From contig JBMYOQ010000082.1 of the NCBI GenBank assembly GCA_049599475.1, positions 1-16,733 of the forward strand: 16,733 bases of DNA. Reading direction: 5' to 3'. Origin of the DNA: Opitutales bacterium (GTDB lineage Bacteria; Verrucomicrobiota; Verrucomicrobiia; Opitutales; JABSRG01). Shown piece after piece: positions 7,550 through 16,680 of the stretch. How positions within the stretch are numbered: the first letter of the stretch is position 1; the number at the start of each line of letters is the position of its first letter. The position numbers were made by a program, and so were the translations under genes. Below the pieces are notes generated by a model, which saw only the letters and a list, made by a program, of their open reading frames with translations, ran no database searches and was not told where the DNA came from.

Positions 7550-10102
7550 TCACGCCTTCTCCGAGTTTACGTCGTTCAACTCGATCAAACTCCGGAGATC
7601 GCTAAATGCATCGACCCATCCGTGCGTATTGCTACCGTCGGGAACCAACTCTTCGAACAGTTTACGCTTCTCGGATTTTAGGCGTTCGATCTTTTCTTCG
7701 ATGGTCCCGACCGCAACCATACGATAGACAAACACCGGTTTATCTTGCCCAAGCCGATGAATCCGATCCACAGCCTGTGCCTCTACGGCAGGGTTCCACC
7801 ACGGATCCATCAAAAAGACAGTATCCGCCGAGTGCAGCGTAATCCCTGTGCCTCCAGCGCGCAGGCTGACCAAGATCACTCCGGCACCAGGGTTTTTCTG
7901 AAACTGTTCAACCGGTTTCGCGCGATCGTTAGTCTGCCCCGTGAGACTCCAGATTTTCATCTTGCTATTCACGCTTTTCAGGGCAGTTTTTACGTGATTC
8001 AGGAGTTTAACAAATTGGGAAAATATCACGACTTTCCGGCCCGTTTCCATGGCTTCGGAGACGCGCCGGACTAGGACTTCGATTTTGCCACTATTATCGG
8101 CATTGAACTCATTCCCAGGAAGCAGAGCCGGATCGCAACAGACCTGTCGCAATCGCGTAAGCAAGGTAAAGAAATGAGTCCCCTTTCCGCTCACAGTCTC
8201 CCACTCTTCGCCGAGCTGTTCCATACCTTCCGTGGAAAGCTTTGCATACTCGCTGCGCTGCGCAGGTGTCAGCGGGCACGCCAATTCGATTTCCATCTTT
8301 GGAGGTAAATCTGGCGCTACGACATCTCGCGTTCGCCTCAGGATAAAGGGCTGTATCTGGCGACGCAGTTTTTCCACGTAGTCGAACCGTTCGTCACTTT
8401 CGAGCTTTTGGCTAAACTCCCTTCGCGAGCCTAGTAGGCCAGGCATCAGATAGCGGAAAAGTGCCCACAGATCTTCCGTCCGGTTTTCTACCGGCGTACC
8501 CGTCATAGCAATACGGTGGTTTGCGCGGATTGCATAGCATGCCTGTGACACCTTGGCATCGGGATTTTTCACATACTGTGCTTCATCAAGCACCGCGTAT
8601 CGGAATGCACAATCACTCAAGGACGCTCGATTTCTGCGAAGCTGCGTGTAGCTACACACCCATAGATCGGGCGCCTTCTCTTTCCGGGCAGGTTTGAATC
8701 CTTGCCGCCCGAGCACGCGAGCCGTTTTGTCTGGGAACCAGCGCGCAAGCTCTTGCTCCCAGACCGGAACAACACTCGCAGGACAGACAATAATATCTGG
8801 GTGCTTATCCTTTCGCCTCACACGCTCCGTTCCGCACAGCATGGCCAAGACCTGAACGGTCTTTCCCAAGCCCATGTCATCCGCGAGCAACGGATGGCAT
8901 TCCAGAGATGTAATAGATCTCAACCATGCGACTCCAAGGCGCTGGTATTCACGTAGGAAATCCGGAGTATTCTTAAGGTCCAGATCGGCATCCCGGATAT
9001 TCGACATCCATTCTTCAAGATCTCCTTGAAGACTCAGTTGCACCGGACGCTGTCCAAACAATGAAAAGAGCATATATTTGGGTAAGGCTCTTTCGACTTG
9101 TTTACCGGTAATCTTCCAGAGATTGAGACCTTCGACCTGCTGATCGGTAATCTCCACCGCCCCTAACTGAGGGATCACATGAAGCCCAGACTTCCGACGC
9201 GATAACTGCTGCAAGGACGCATCGCCCACAGCGCGCCCGCCGACCCGGATTTGCCAATCAATTTTAAGCCCCCGGTGTCGGCGCTCAAAGGCCCGACCGT
9301 CTATGCTGATCTGCTGTATACCGGTGCGCAAGGGCTCAGCATGCTTATCAAATTCGACTTCGTAATTCTTTTCCCACTCGGATACAGCACGGCTTCCAAA
9401 CAAAACCATTTTGCCTGGATCATTCATCACGAAATTTCCAGCTTGCCGGACAAACTGGAAACCCGCACGCATTGCAAGGGATGTCAGCCGGATAATCTGC
9501 TCGCGCTCAGAATCGTTCTTCGGAATGGCTTCCTGTGGCACATTTGTGCCGAATACTGGGATCAGCCCGCCCTTCTCATTCATCCAATATCCGGTACAGG
9601 TGAGATCTTTATCTTTCAGCCTCACCAAGACCTTTATTTTTCTAGACGGCTCTTCTATCGATTCCGCGTCCACCGGCGCTCGGGTCCCTGATTGCTCCCC
9701 TTCATCTCCATCCTCGGAAGCATCCTCGTCTGCCTTCTTTGGACGCGGTTCTGGAGGCAGGTCCATCACTTCATCGGCTACGAGTTCTTCAATCTCGTAT
9801 AGGGCCGCAGCCGCCAGGCGACTCTCTACAGCTACGTCCTTCGTGGAAGCGCGAAAACTGAATCCGTTGGAATCCAAGGAAATTACCACGTAGTCTTCGC
9901 GATGCCGTTCAAAGCGGAAATTTACGATAGCATCCTGACCTTCGAGCTCGATATCCGCGCTGACCCCAGATCTGTAAATCTCGCGAGCTTCAAAAAGAGA
10001 CTCCGCGGAAAATCGGGTTTCCCAGTTCTCAGGTAATGCAGCAAACCATGCCTCAAGGGCTTCAGTCGTGTAAACACGTTTGCTCGTTCGCTGCACCGTC
10101 AT
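7550..10102 (-). CDS. SNF2/SWI2-family SF2 helicase/ATPase
   Basis: LADDMGLGKT (motif I), CPASV, LDEAQ (II), MTGTPVEN (III), IFSQF, SLRAGGTGITL, DPWWNP, QAVDRIHRLGQ (VI). Confidence 0.95.
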   Translation of the reverse strand: MTVQRTSKRVYTTEALEAWFAALPENWETRFSAESLFEAREIYRSGVSADIELEGQDAIVNFRFERHREDYVVISLDSNGFSFRASTKDVAVESRLAAAALYEIEELVADEVMDLPPEPRPKKADEDASEDGDEGEQSGTRAPVDAESIEEPSRKIKVLVRLKDKDLTCTGYWMNEKGGLIPVFGTNVPQEAIPKNDSEREQIIRLTSLAMRAGFQFVRQAGNFVMNDPGKMVLFGSRAVSEWEKNYEVEFDKHAEPLRTGIQQISIDGRAFERRHRGLKIDWQIRVGGRAVGDASLQQLSRRKSGLHVIPQLGAVEITDQQVEGLNLWKITGKQVERALPKYMLFSLFGQRPVQLSLQGDLEEWMSNIRDADLDLKNTPDFLREYQRLGVAWLRSITSLECHPLLADDMGLGKTVQVLAMLCGTERVRRKDKHPDIIVCPASVVPVWEQELARWFPDKTARVLGRQGFKPARKEKAPDLWVCSYTQLRRNRASLSDCAFRYAVLDEAQYVKNPDAKVSQACYAIRANHRIAMTGTPVENRTEDLWALFRYLMPGLLGSRREFSQKLESDERFDYVEKLRRQIQPFILRRTRDVVAPDLPPKMEIELACPLTPAQRSEYAKLSTEGMEQLGEEWETVSGKGTHFFTLLTRLRQVCCDPALLPGNEFNADNSGKIEVLVRRVSEAMETGRKVVIFSQFVKLLNHVKTALKSVNSKMKIWSLTGQTNDRAKPVEQFQKNPGAGVILVSLRAGGTGITLHSADTVFLMDPWWNPAVEAQAVDRIHRLGQDKPVFVYRMVAVGTIEEKIERLKSEKRKLFEELVPDGSNTHGWVDAFSDLRSLIELNDVNSEKA

Positions 10103-10110
10103 CGCCCCAA

Positions 10111-11613
10111 TTATGCCATTGAAGGGCGTCGCGCCTCGACTGCCCAGCGGTAGACATCCGCATATTTCTGCGCAGATTGCGTCCAGGAGAAATCCTGATC
10201 TATGGCCTGTCGGCGCATACGCTCGAATGATGGTTTATGATCGTGGAAAATAGCATTCGCCCAGCCCATAGTGTGGTAAAGCGCATGGCCACTGGTCTCT
10301 TCGAACAAGAAGCCTGTGCCTGACGCATCGGATTCGCGCAGCTGCTTTACAGTATCTGCCAATCCTCCGGTTTTGCGGACGACAGGTAAGGTGCCGTAGC
10401 GCATCGAATACATCTGGGTAAGACCACAAGGCTCAAAGCGACTCGGCATCACTAAGAAATCTGATCCTGCGATAATCCGGTGCGCCAGCCCATTGGAAAA
10501 TCCGATGTAAGCAGCCACCCGCCCCGGATATCTGCCTGCCGCAGAGGAGAAAGCGTGCTCGAGACTGCCATTCCCCGTCCCTAAGACTGCGACCTGCACG
10601 TGCATGTTGTCCATCAATCCGCCAATAATGGATGCAAGCAGATCGAGACCTTTCTGATCATAGAGCCGAGCTACGACTCCGAAAACCGGCACATTGGGAT
10701 CCACTTTCAGGCCCATCTCTTCCTGCAAGGCCCGTTTACAGTCTTCTTTACCCTGGAAATTATTGAGACCGAAGTTTGCTGGAATTAGGGAGTCCGCCTC
10801 AGGATTCCACTCATCGATATCGATTCCATTCAGGATACCGACCAAATCTGCAGCGCGATATTTCAATACCCAGTGCAAACCACACCCACCAGTCGGAGTC
10901 TGGATCTCCTGAGCGTAGGTCGGGCTCACCGTAGTGATCTTCGTCGAGTGATAGAGTCCGCCCTTCAGCATGTTTACATACCCCATACTCTCCAGACTAT
11001 CGGGCCGGAACAGATCCATTGGGATCCGGGCATGTCGCATTACCTCGTGGCGGAAGACCCCTTGGAATTTCAAGTTATGAATCGTCATGACCGATGCGAC
11101 ATCGCTCATATAAGTATCGCGCTCACTGGTATTCAGCATCACCGGCACAAGCCCTGTAGTCCAATCATGACAATGAATCACATCTGGTTTCCAACCCAAG
11201 AATGCGCAAATGTCTATGCACGCGCGACTCAAGAAGGTGAAGCGGCGATCATTGTCGGTATGATCCCCCCAAGGTCCCGCGTATACCTCTGGGCGCCCAA
11301 AGTATACCTCGTGCTCAATAAAGTAGAAAATCGCTTTCACCCCTGGAAGCTTCACTTCCCAAACGCGCCCATATTCAGAGCCGTAGCCGAGATTCACGAT
11401 CAATACGCCTGGAAGCACAGACCATTCACCCATGCGCTTCACATCGCCGTAAAGTGGGCACACTACACGGACATCGTGACCGAGCTCACCTAGAGATTTG
11501 GGAAGAGCGCCGACAACATCTGCGAGACCTCCAATCTTCACAAAAGGAGCCACCTCGGGAGTGGCCATCATCACTTTTAAAGGGTTCGCAGGTGCCGCGT
11601 TCGGAGAGCTCAT
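10111..11613 (-). CDS. glgA: Glycogen synthase (GT5, ADP-glucose type)
   Basis: EVAPFVKIGGLADV (KxGGL), HCHDW, TIHNLKFQG, TTVSPTYAQEI, GILNGID, PSRFEPCGLTQMYSMRYGT, TGGLADTV. Confidence 0.96.
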   Translation of the reverse strand: MSSPNAAPANPLKVMMATPEVAPFVKIGGLADVVGALPKSLGELGHDVRVVCPLYGDVKRMGEWSVLPGVLIVNLGYGSEYGRVWEVKLPGVKAIFYFIEHEVYFGRPEVYAGPWGDHTDNDRRFTFLSRACIDICAFLGWKPDVIHCHDWTTGLVPVMLNTSERDTYMSDVASVMTIHNLKFQGVFRHEVMRHARIPMDLFRPDSLESMGYVNMLKGGLYHSTKITTVSPTYAQEIQTPTGGCGLHWVLKYRAADLVGILNGIDIDEWNPEADSLIPANFGLNNFQGKEDCKRALQEEMGLKVDPNVPVFGVVARLYDQKGLDLLASIIGGLMDNMHVQVAVLGTGNGSLEHAFSSAAGRYPGRVAAYIGFSNGLAHRIIAGSDFLVMPSRFEPCGLTQMYSMRYGTLPVVRKTGGLADTVKQLRESDASGTGFLFEETSGHALYHTMGWANAIFHDHKPSFERMRRQAIDQDFSWTQSAQKYADVYRWAVEARRPSMA

Positions 11614-11761
11614 GTAGCAGGAAAGAGAGATAGAGATTCAGCGTAGAGAACAGTTTTCAAGTGTTTTTGGGGCAAGGTCAACCCACAGTCTCGTTCGTTT
11701 CAAAGGATTCACTTTCGCAAACGACGATTCTATCGGTGTAAAACCAAGGAATGGGACTGGA

Positions 11762-12814
11762 TCAAGAAGCCTCAGCTTCCTCCTCATCCGCGAACTCGAA
11801 GCGAATATTGAAGAGGGGTAAGAGCGCGATCAACCCTACACACGTAAGCCCGAGTACGGCATAGCCAGCGACATCATGCACGGTGCCTTCAATCGCTTCA
11901 GAGCCGTATGCGTAGGCCCATCCCGTCAAAAACAGAGATCTCAAAATATTGGTGAAGAAAGCGAAGCACATGGCTACGACGATCAATAGTGCCTTCTTCC
12001 AGAACTTCTGGAGAAAGACCGCTCCCAGGAAAGATCCAGCAAACAAACATGCGGTCATAGAGCGAATCCCTGAACAGGCATCGGCAACACCCACCTGCCC
12101 TTGCGGCAAGGTTAGAATATTCCCTTCTCGGACCAATGCATAACCAAGAAACTCAAAAACTGCGAATACGATCTCCGTAACTCGGTTCAGCAAAAACAGG
12201 CTGATGTTATTCTCTAATACGCTCAGCAAGGGCGCAGAGATAATCCAAATAAAAGACGGAAATATGAACAGAGCCACGATGCGCATACGCTGAGCCCAGG
12301 ATACTTGGGAGCCATGAACCGTCTCTTTCGTAAAGAAATAAACCAGGGAGAGAACAATCCAAGCCGTTCCCCATGAAATTGCTAGCGAAGACGGATTCTG
12401 CGGCGCTTGCAAAGCACGGAGCAAAGCGCCAAAGCCCATGACTAAGGTGCCCAAAACCAATGCCGAACCAAAAATAAAGTCCACCAACTTTGAAATCCAT
12501 TCAGGAGCGTTGTCCAAGGGGCCTTTGCAAGGGCGCAGCCGAGAAGGATTATCAGGATCCACCTCAGAGACATATCCCTTGTCGAAAAGCGTCTGCATTC
12601 GAGGCCATCGATCGAAAATCACATACCCTACGAAGAGCGGGACGATAAATCCGAAGCTATATTCCTCGTCGATTTGCCACCAGTAGATCTGATCGTAGAT
12701 AATGAAGCCGAAAAATCCGACAATCACCCATGCCGCATATTGCGTCATCTGAGGCAAGTCGGTGAAGCCTATAGGTTTTTCCGCAGACTTTGGGGTTTCT
12801 GTAGCAGCGCTCAC
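11762..12814 (-). CDS. Exosortase (EpsH-like multi-pass transpeptidase), without an EpsI domain
   Basis: DEEYSFGFIVP, VADACSGIRS (Cys), NILRS (Arg), HDVAG (His), and about 8 hydrophobic helices. The start is uncertain: TTG 12871, GTG 12814 (chosen) or ATG 12748. Confidence 0.92.
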   Translation of the reverse strand: MSAATETPKSAEKPIGFTDLPQMTQYAAWVIVGFFGFIIYDQIYWWQIDEEYSFGFIVPLFVGYVIFDRWPRMQTLFDKGYVSEVDPDNPSRLRPCKGPLDNAPEWISKLVDFIFGSALVLGTLVMGFGALLRALQAPQNPSSLAISWGTAWIVLSLVYFFTKETVHGSQVSWAQRMRIVALFIFPSFIWIISAPLLSVLENNISLFLLNRVTEIVFAVFEFLGYALVREGNILTLPQGQVGVADACSGIRSMTACLFAGSFLGAVFLQKFWKKALLIVVAMCFAFFTNILRSLFLTGWAYAYGSEAIEGTVHDVAGYAVLGLTCVGLIALLPLFNIRFEFADEEEAEAS

Positions 12815-12947
12815 TGAATAGATGTTCGAATCAATAGATACTGTATCTTCGGCGATACCCGAGAGAAGCAAAGATACATTTTATCCTTTGATTGATGCGA
12901 ATCTCGGATTGAATCAACCCTATTCACTGCTTTATGCCCTTTAGACT

Positions 12948-13436
12948 ATGAATCACTTGCACGCCTACTGGCGCATGGAATACGTCGAAAACCCGCACAA
13001 AAAGAAGTCCGGGGCGCGCACCTTCATCGATCTTCTAGCGGAGGATTCAGACGAAGAGAATTTAATTCTGTATCGGGGGCCCGAGACGTTCATCATCATG
13101 AACCGTTTCCCCTACAATGCCGGACATTTGATGGTCTTGCCAAATCGCAAGGTCGCAGAACTCGAAGATCTGACCGAATCCGAACGCACAGAGATCTTTG
13201 AACAAGTAATTCACGGAAAAGAGATTCTTTCCAAAGCCATTAAGCCCAACGGCTTCAATGTCGGCATCAATCTCGGCTCATCTGCAGGCGCCGGCATTCC
13301 CGGACACCTGCACATTCACATTGTACCCCGCTGGGAAGGCGATACGAATTTCATGCCTGTGCTCGGGCAGACACACGTTTTACCGACCTCACTCGAGAGC
13401 CTATATAAACGTATGAAACCCTTCGTTCGCGAATAG
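12948..13436 (+). CDS. HIT-family protein (FHIT/Ap4A hydrolase-phosphorylase-like)
   Basis: LHAYWRMEY, NRFPYNAGHLMV, GFNVGINLG, histidine triad HLHIHIVPRWEGDTNFM. Confidence 0.93.
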   Translation: MNHLHAYWRMEYVENPHKKKSGARTFIDLLAEDSDEENLILYRGPETFIIMNRFPYNAGHLMVLPNRKVAELEDLTESERTEIFEQVIHGKEILSKAIKPNGFNVGINLGSSAGAGIPGHLHIHIVPRWEGDTNFMPVLGQTHVLPTSLESLYKRMKPFVRE

Positions 13437-13450
13437 AAACCAGGGTGTCC

Positions 13451-14149
13451 TTACTTCGCATTTTGTTCGATCAACGCTATCGCCGCCTCGGCTAGACGTT
13501 GACCAAAGACTTTGTATCCTTCGACTGAGTAATGGAGGTCATTGGATATGGCCTTTCCCTTCGCGTTGACCCCATCGTTTAAATCATCCGTATCAACCCA
13601 CGCTCCTCGCGGACTGGAATCCGCGAGAGATACCTGAATTTCGCGGATCATGTTCCAGTCTGGGGTCCCGTTGCTATTGATCCCAGCGTCACTGAGCCGG
13701 CCAATCACAAAGTTCATCGCGTCGATGCCTAAGTCTGCTTTGACTTTATCCATGAGCATTCGAAGCCCTTGCTCATACTTAGCGCCATCCCCCACCTTCG
13801 CATTCCGCTCTCCTTGCATCCAGAGAAAGGACACAGAGCTCAGGGGTTGTCCAGCAACGGCACCTTCCACCTTCTTCATGAGGCGCTTATACAGCTCTCC
13901 CGTTTCCCCAGAATCCACGTCATACCACATCTGAATGGGCTGACCGCCCTTCGCATCCTTAACCACGATCACATTAGACGCCTCGAAGGCTGCTTCAACA
14001 GTTGGCGTAAAGGAAATCGAAGGGTCCAGGCGAGCCATATTCGACTGACCAGAGAGGATGAACAGGTGTTTTGCTTGGGCAGACGGAGCCCCCATTAGGG
14101 CGATTAAAACTGTAATGATATAGATTCTGATAGAGGGGTAAGGCTTCAT
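13451..14149 (-). CDS. Secreted SGNH-type carbohydrate acetylesterase (SASA / CE6-like)
   Basis: Signal peptide ending AQA, plus GQSN, WMQGE and DLHY motifs. Confidence 0.88.
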   Translation of the reverse strand: MKPYPSIRIYIITVLIALMGAPSAQAKHLFILSGQSNMARLDPSISFTPTVEAAFEASNVIVVKDAKGGQPIQMWYDVDSGETGELYKRLMKKVEGAVAGQPLSSVSFLWMQGERNAKVGDGAKYEQGLRMLMDKVKADLGIDAMNFVIGRLSDAGINSNGTPDWNMIREIQVSLADSSPRGAWVDTDDLNDGVNAKGKAISNDLHYSVEGYKVFGQRLAEAAIALIEQNAK

Positions 14150-14311
14150 AGTTTTCGTGGTAGAATTGCGACGAGATTAACTGTGGCGAATCGACTGGGA
14201 GGCTACGGAGGATCCGTAACGGTGTGATATTTTGCTAAAAATATGTCCGGTTTAAAGATCGCGCTATAGTGGATTAATATTCGGCGATCACCGACCGACA
14301 AGATCCAAACT

Positions 14312-15319
14312 ATGGATGTAGACGAGCTAAAGAAAAAAGCGGTCGTCGCCTGCGCCGTTATGATCGCCGGAGGAATCGCCTTCGAAAACTGGATGAAAAA
14401 AGACCTCGAAGAGCGGAGGGAAAATATCGAGCAAGGTATCTCCAATGATGCGAGTCACCTCGAAGAACGCTGGACTGCCTACGTCAACAGCATCGATTCA
14501 GCAATACAGCGCATGAAAGACAAAGACTTCGAAGCGTATATCGAAATATCGCGCGCTTACTCAAATTTCGAAGAAGAGCGGAGGCGCTGGGGTAATACTC
14601 CACTCAGTTCGGGTATGACACTGGCTCAGGCTCATATTGACCTAGAAACCCGCATAAAACCGGAGATGGATAAGGTATACGAAATTGCCAAGGCCGCCGC
14701 GGCGGATGGCTCTTATCCGCAAAGAGACCTTAAAAGTATCTTCTCGCAGATACCTTTCACTTTAAATAACAACCTAAAGCGACGCTGGCAAAACGATCGC
14801 GATGAGGTCGAACAACTCAGAGCAAGCCACGCGTCCAATTGGATCATGGTCTATGTGGGTGGCAGCATCGCGAACGCAGGCCCCATAGAAGAACATATTC
14901 GTAAATGGGCGAAGAAGCAGTGTGGTAATCTAGGACCCTATAAACTGGTTTTCGATTCCCCGATCAGCAACGAAGAGCAACGACGCGTAGCCCGCTATTT
15001 CAATATCTACTTCGAGGGTGACTATGTAACCTACTCGTTCGGGCACGGTAGCGGAAAGTATGGCAGCTCAAAAATATACGAAACCCTACGTATCCGTTGC
15101 GAAAACAAGCGCGGGCAAAAGGCTCTCGCAAAGACAAGTTGGGATACACTCGATGAAATTATGGCTCATGCGCCCGCTCCCGAGACCCTCACCTTCGAGT
15201 TCGATCGCTATGAAGAGGACCAACAGGCCGACTTCGAACCCGTCATTAAGCGCCAGAAAGAAGCCCTCATGAAAGCACTCGATGAAGCCCTCGCCACCTG
15301 GCCAGCATTGAGCGTCTAA
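14312..15319 (+). CDS. Hypothetical protein with N-terminal membrane anchor and helical/coiled-coil region
   Basis: 335-aa ATG ORF filling the gap between neighbours. KKKAVVACAVMIAGGIAF anchor followed by charged helical sequence. No family recognised. Confidence 0.8.
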   Translation: MDVDELKKKAVVACAVMIAGGIAFENWMKKDLEERRENIEQGISNDASHLEERWTAYVNSIDSAIQRMKDKDFEAYIEISRAYSNFEEERRRWGNTPLSSGMTLAQAHIDLETRIKPEMDKVYEIAKAAAADGSYPQRDLKSIFSQIPFTLNNNLKRRWQNDRDEVEQLRASHASNWIMVYVGGSIANAGPIEEHIRKWAKKQCGNLGPYKLVFDSPISNEEQRRVARYFNIYFEGDYVTYSFGHGSGKYGSSKIYETLRIRCENKRGQKALAKTSWDTLDEIMAHAPAPETLTFEFDRYEEDQQADFEPVIKRQKEALMKALDEALATWPALSV

Positions 15320-15412
15320 GATCAAAAGGAAGCGATACAAATAAGGAACCGCTTAGTCTTCACGCAAGTAATCAGACATCTACAGCTTGGCTGACGTAAA
15401 AAACGTAAAATT

Positions 15413-15482
15413 TGCATAAAATCTGTCGCATTATGCACATTTGCTTTACCAAACAGGCATCGTTTGCTATCTAAACGTTTCA
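15413..15482. promoter_or_regulatory. Candidate operators upstream of the PEP-CTERM gene
   Basis: TGCATAA-N11-TTATGCA (15413-15437) and a LacI-like CG-centred palindrome TAAACGTTTCA (15472-15482). Confidence 0.3.
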
Positions 15483-15513
15483 CCCACCCTCTAAAACACC
15501 AAATCACCACAAA

Positions 15514-16338
15514 ATGAATCAAGTATTCTCTCTCGCGGGAATAGCTTGCTTGGCTGTATCTTCTTCGCTAAGCGCCGCTGTTTCTGTAATTGACGTATCT
15601 TCTCAGGGCGCATCGAACTCTGACGAAGCAAGCAAGCTCTTCGAATTCTCGTTCGACGGCAGCAATCTATCAACCACCGCCACCGCAAGTAATGATGCAT
15701 TCGTCTCCGGCGGAAGTATCGATACCGTGGGCCTTACAGGAGGCACTTTCGGATGGACCGTTGATGGAGCTTCCGGATGGACCAGCACTGACGTAGAAAG
15801 CAATATCGGAGACTTTTCCCAGTACTTCGATGGAGATTCCCTGACAGGCCTCACTGACTTTGGCGATCTAGGAGTCCGAGGCCAGGACGGAAACGGACGG
15901 CTCAACATCACCGGCGGAGGCGGAAATAATAACCAAACGGACGCTCAAAATGAGGCCATCGTTTTCACCTTCGACACGAGCGGCTTGGCCGCCGACACGG
16001 GGCTATCCATTGAGACCCTCAGCTTTCAAAACTATACAGGTGGCGAAACTGTTGATTTTGTCTTCTGGGATTTTGAAACCGGAGAAGCCACCAGTTTTGG
16101 CTTCGGCGTCGATGCAAACTCTGGATTTCCAACTGAGCTTCCCGGAGATACTCTTGCTGGCCCAGGTCTTGTGACCGACGGAGACAAGATCTTCCTAGCA
16201 GCGAATACAGGAGCCCACACATTCGAAGCAATAACATTCGACCTTGTGGCACTAGCCGCCGTTCCTGAGCCCTCGACAGTGGTACTTATCGCAGGCTTGG
16301 CCGCAGTCGCTTTCGTAAGCGTCCGTCGCCGCAAATAA
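15514..16338 (+). CDS. PEP-CTERM sorting domain surface protein
   Basis: Sec signal peptide, acidic Gly/Thr/Ser/Asp-rich body, and C-terminal VPEPSTVVLIAGLAAVAFVSVRRRK (PEP motif, TM helix, basic tail). Confidence 0.95.
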   Translation: MNQVFSLAGIACLAVSSSLSAAVSVIDVSSQGASNSDEASKLFEFSFDGSNLSTTATASNDAFVSGGSIDTVGLTGGTFGWTVDGASGWTSTDVESNIGDFSQYFDGDSLTGLTDFGDLGVRGQDGNGRLNITGGGGNNNQTDAQNEAIVFTFDTSGLAADTGLSIETLSFQNYTGGETVDFVFWDFETGEATSFGFGVDANSGFPTELPGDTLAGPGLVTDGDKIFLAANTGAHTFEAITFDLVALAAVPEPSTVVLIAGLAAVAFVSVRRRK

Positions 16339-16360
16339 TCGATACCTTCACCTAGCTTTC

Positions 16361-16391
16361 AAAGGCCGCTCAATTCTGAGCGGCCTTTTTT
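16361..16391 (+). terminator. Rho-independent terminator
   Basis: AAAGGCCGCTCA-attc-TGAGCGGCCTTT followed by a T-run, 22 bp after the PEP-CTERM stop. Confidence 0.9.
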
Positions 16392-16598
16392 GTTTTGGGG
16401 TCCAAGGTATGTTTGGAATTTATGTTCTTTCTCGAAAATGTGTTTCCGCGGGCAGTGAACGGTGAATGACCTCCGAGTTTTCGCATAAAAATGCACCGAA
16501 TCTCAGCCAGCGTAATTAGTTATGGCAGGGCAATCTATCACCGACGTAGGATCGCCGAAGATGGCGAAGCTGTATCGCTGCCTTTCGCGGATAATTGG

Positions 16599-16680
16599 GG
16601 TAACCGCCGATCTCCGGGCGGTGGAAGACAGCAATTTCGCCTAGCTGGTACGCAGCATTCAACCGCTCCGAGATCGGTTG
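16599..16680. repeat. Degenerate inverted REP-like doublet
   Basis: Plus strand GGTAA-CCGCCG-ATCTCCGGG-CGGTGG (16599-16624) and minus strand CAACCG-ATCTCGGAG-CGGTTG (16660-16680). Both share the CCGATCTC-N3-GCGG core with the REPs at 2038 and 2137. Confidence 0.5.

Noticed and set aside
11520..11545. KIGGL instead of KTGGL in GlgA
   Set aside because: Fits the general KxGGL motif, so it is not unusual.
11691..11727. Imperfect hairpin between the exosortase and glgA
   Set aside because: Weak, bulged stem with no U-tract on the minus strand, so not callable as a terminator or riboswitch.
4209..13934. Many short alternative-frame and antisense ORFs in the ORF track (for example 5368-5844, 9411-9893, 10873-11493)
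   Set aside because: Shadow ORFs of well-supported genes with no independent motifs.
14265..14277. TATAGTGGATTAA, matching the start of a Neisseria Correia element end
   Set aside because: Only 13 bp with no partner inverted repeat. More likely chance or a -10 element.
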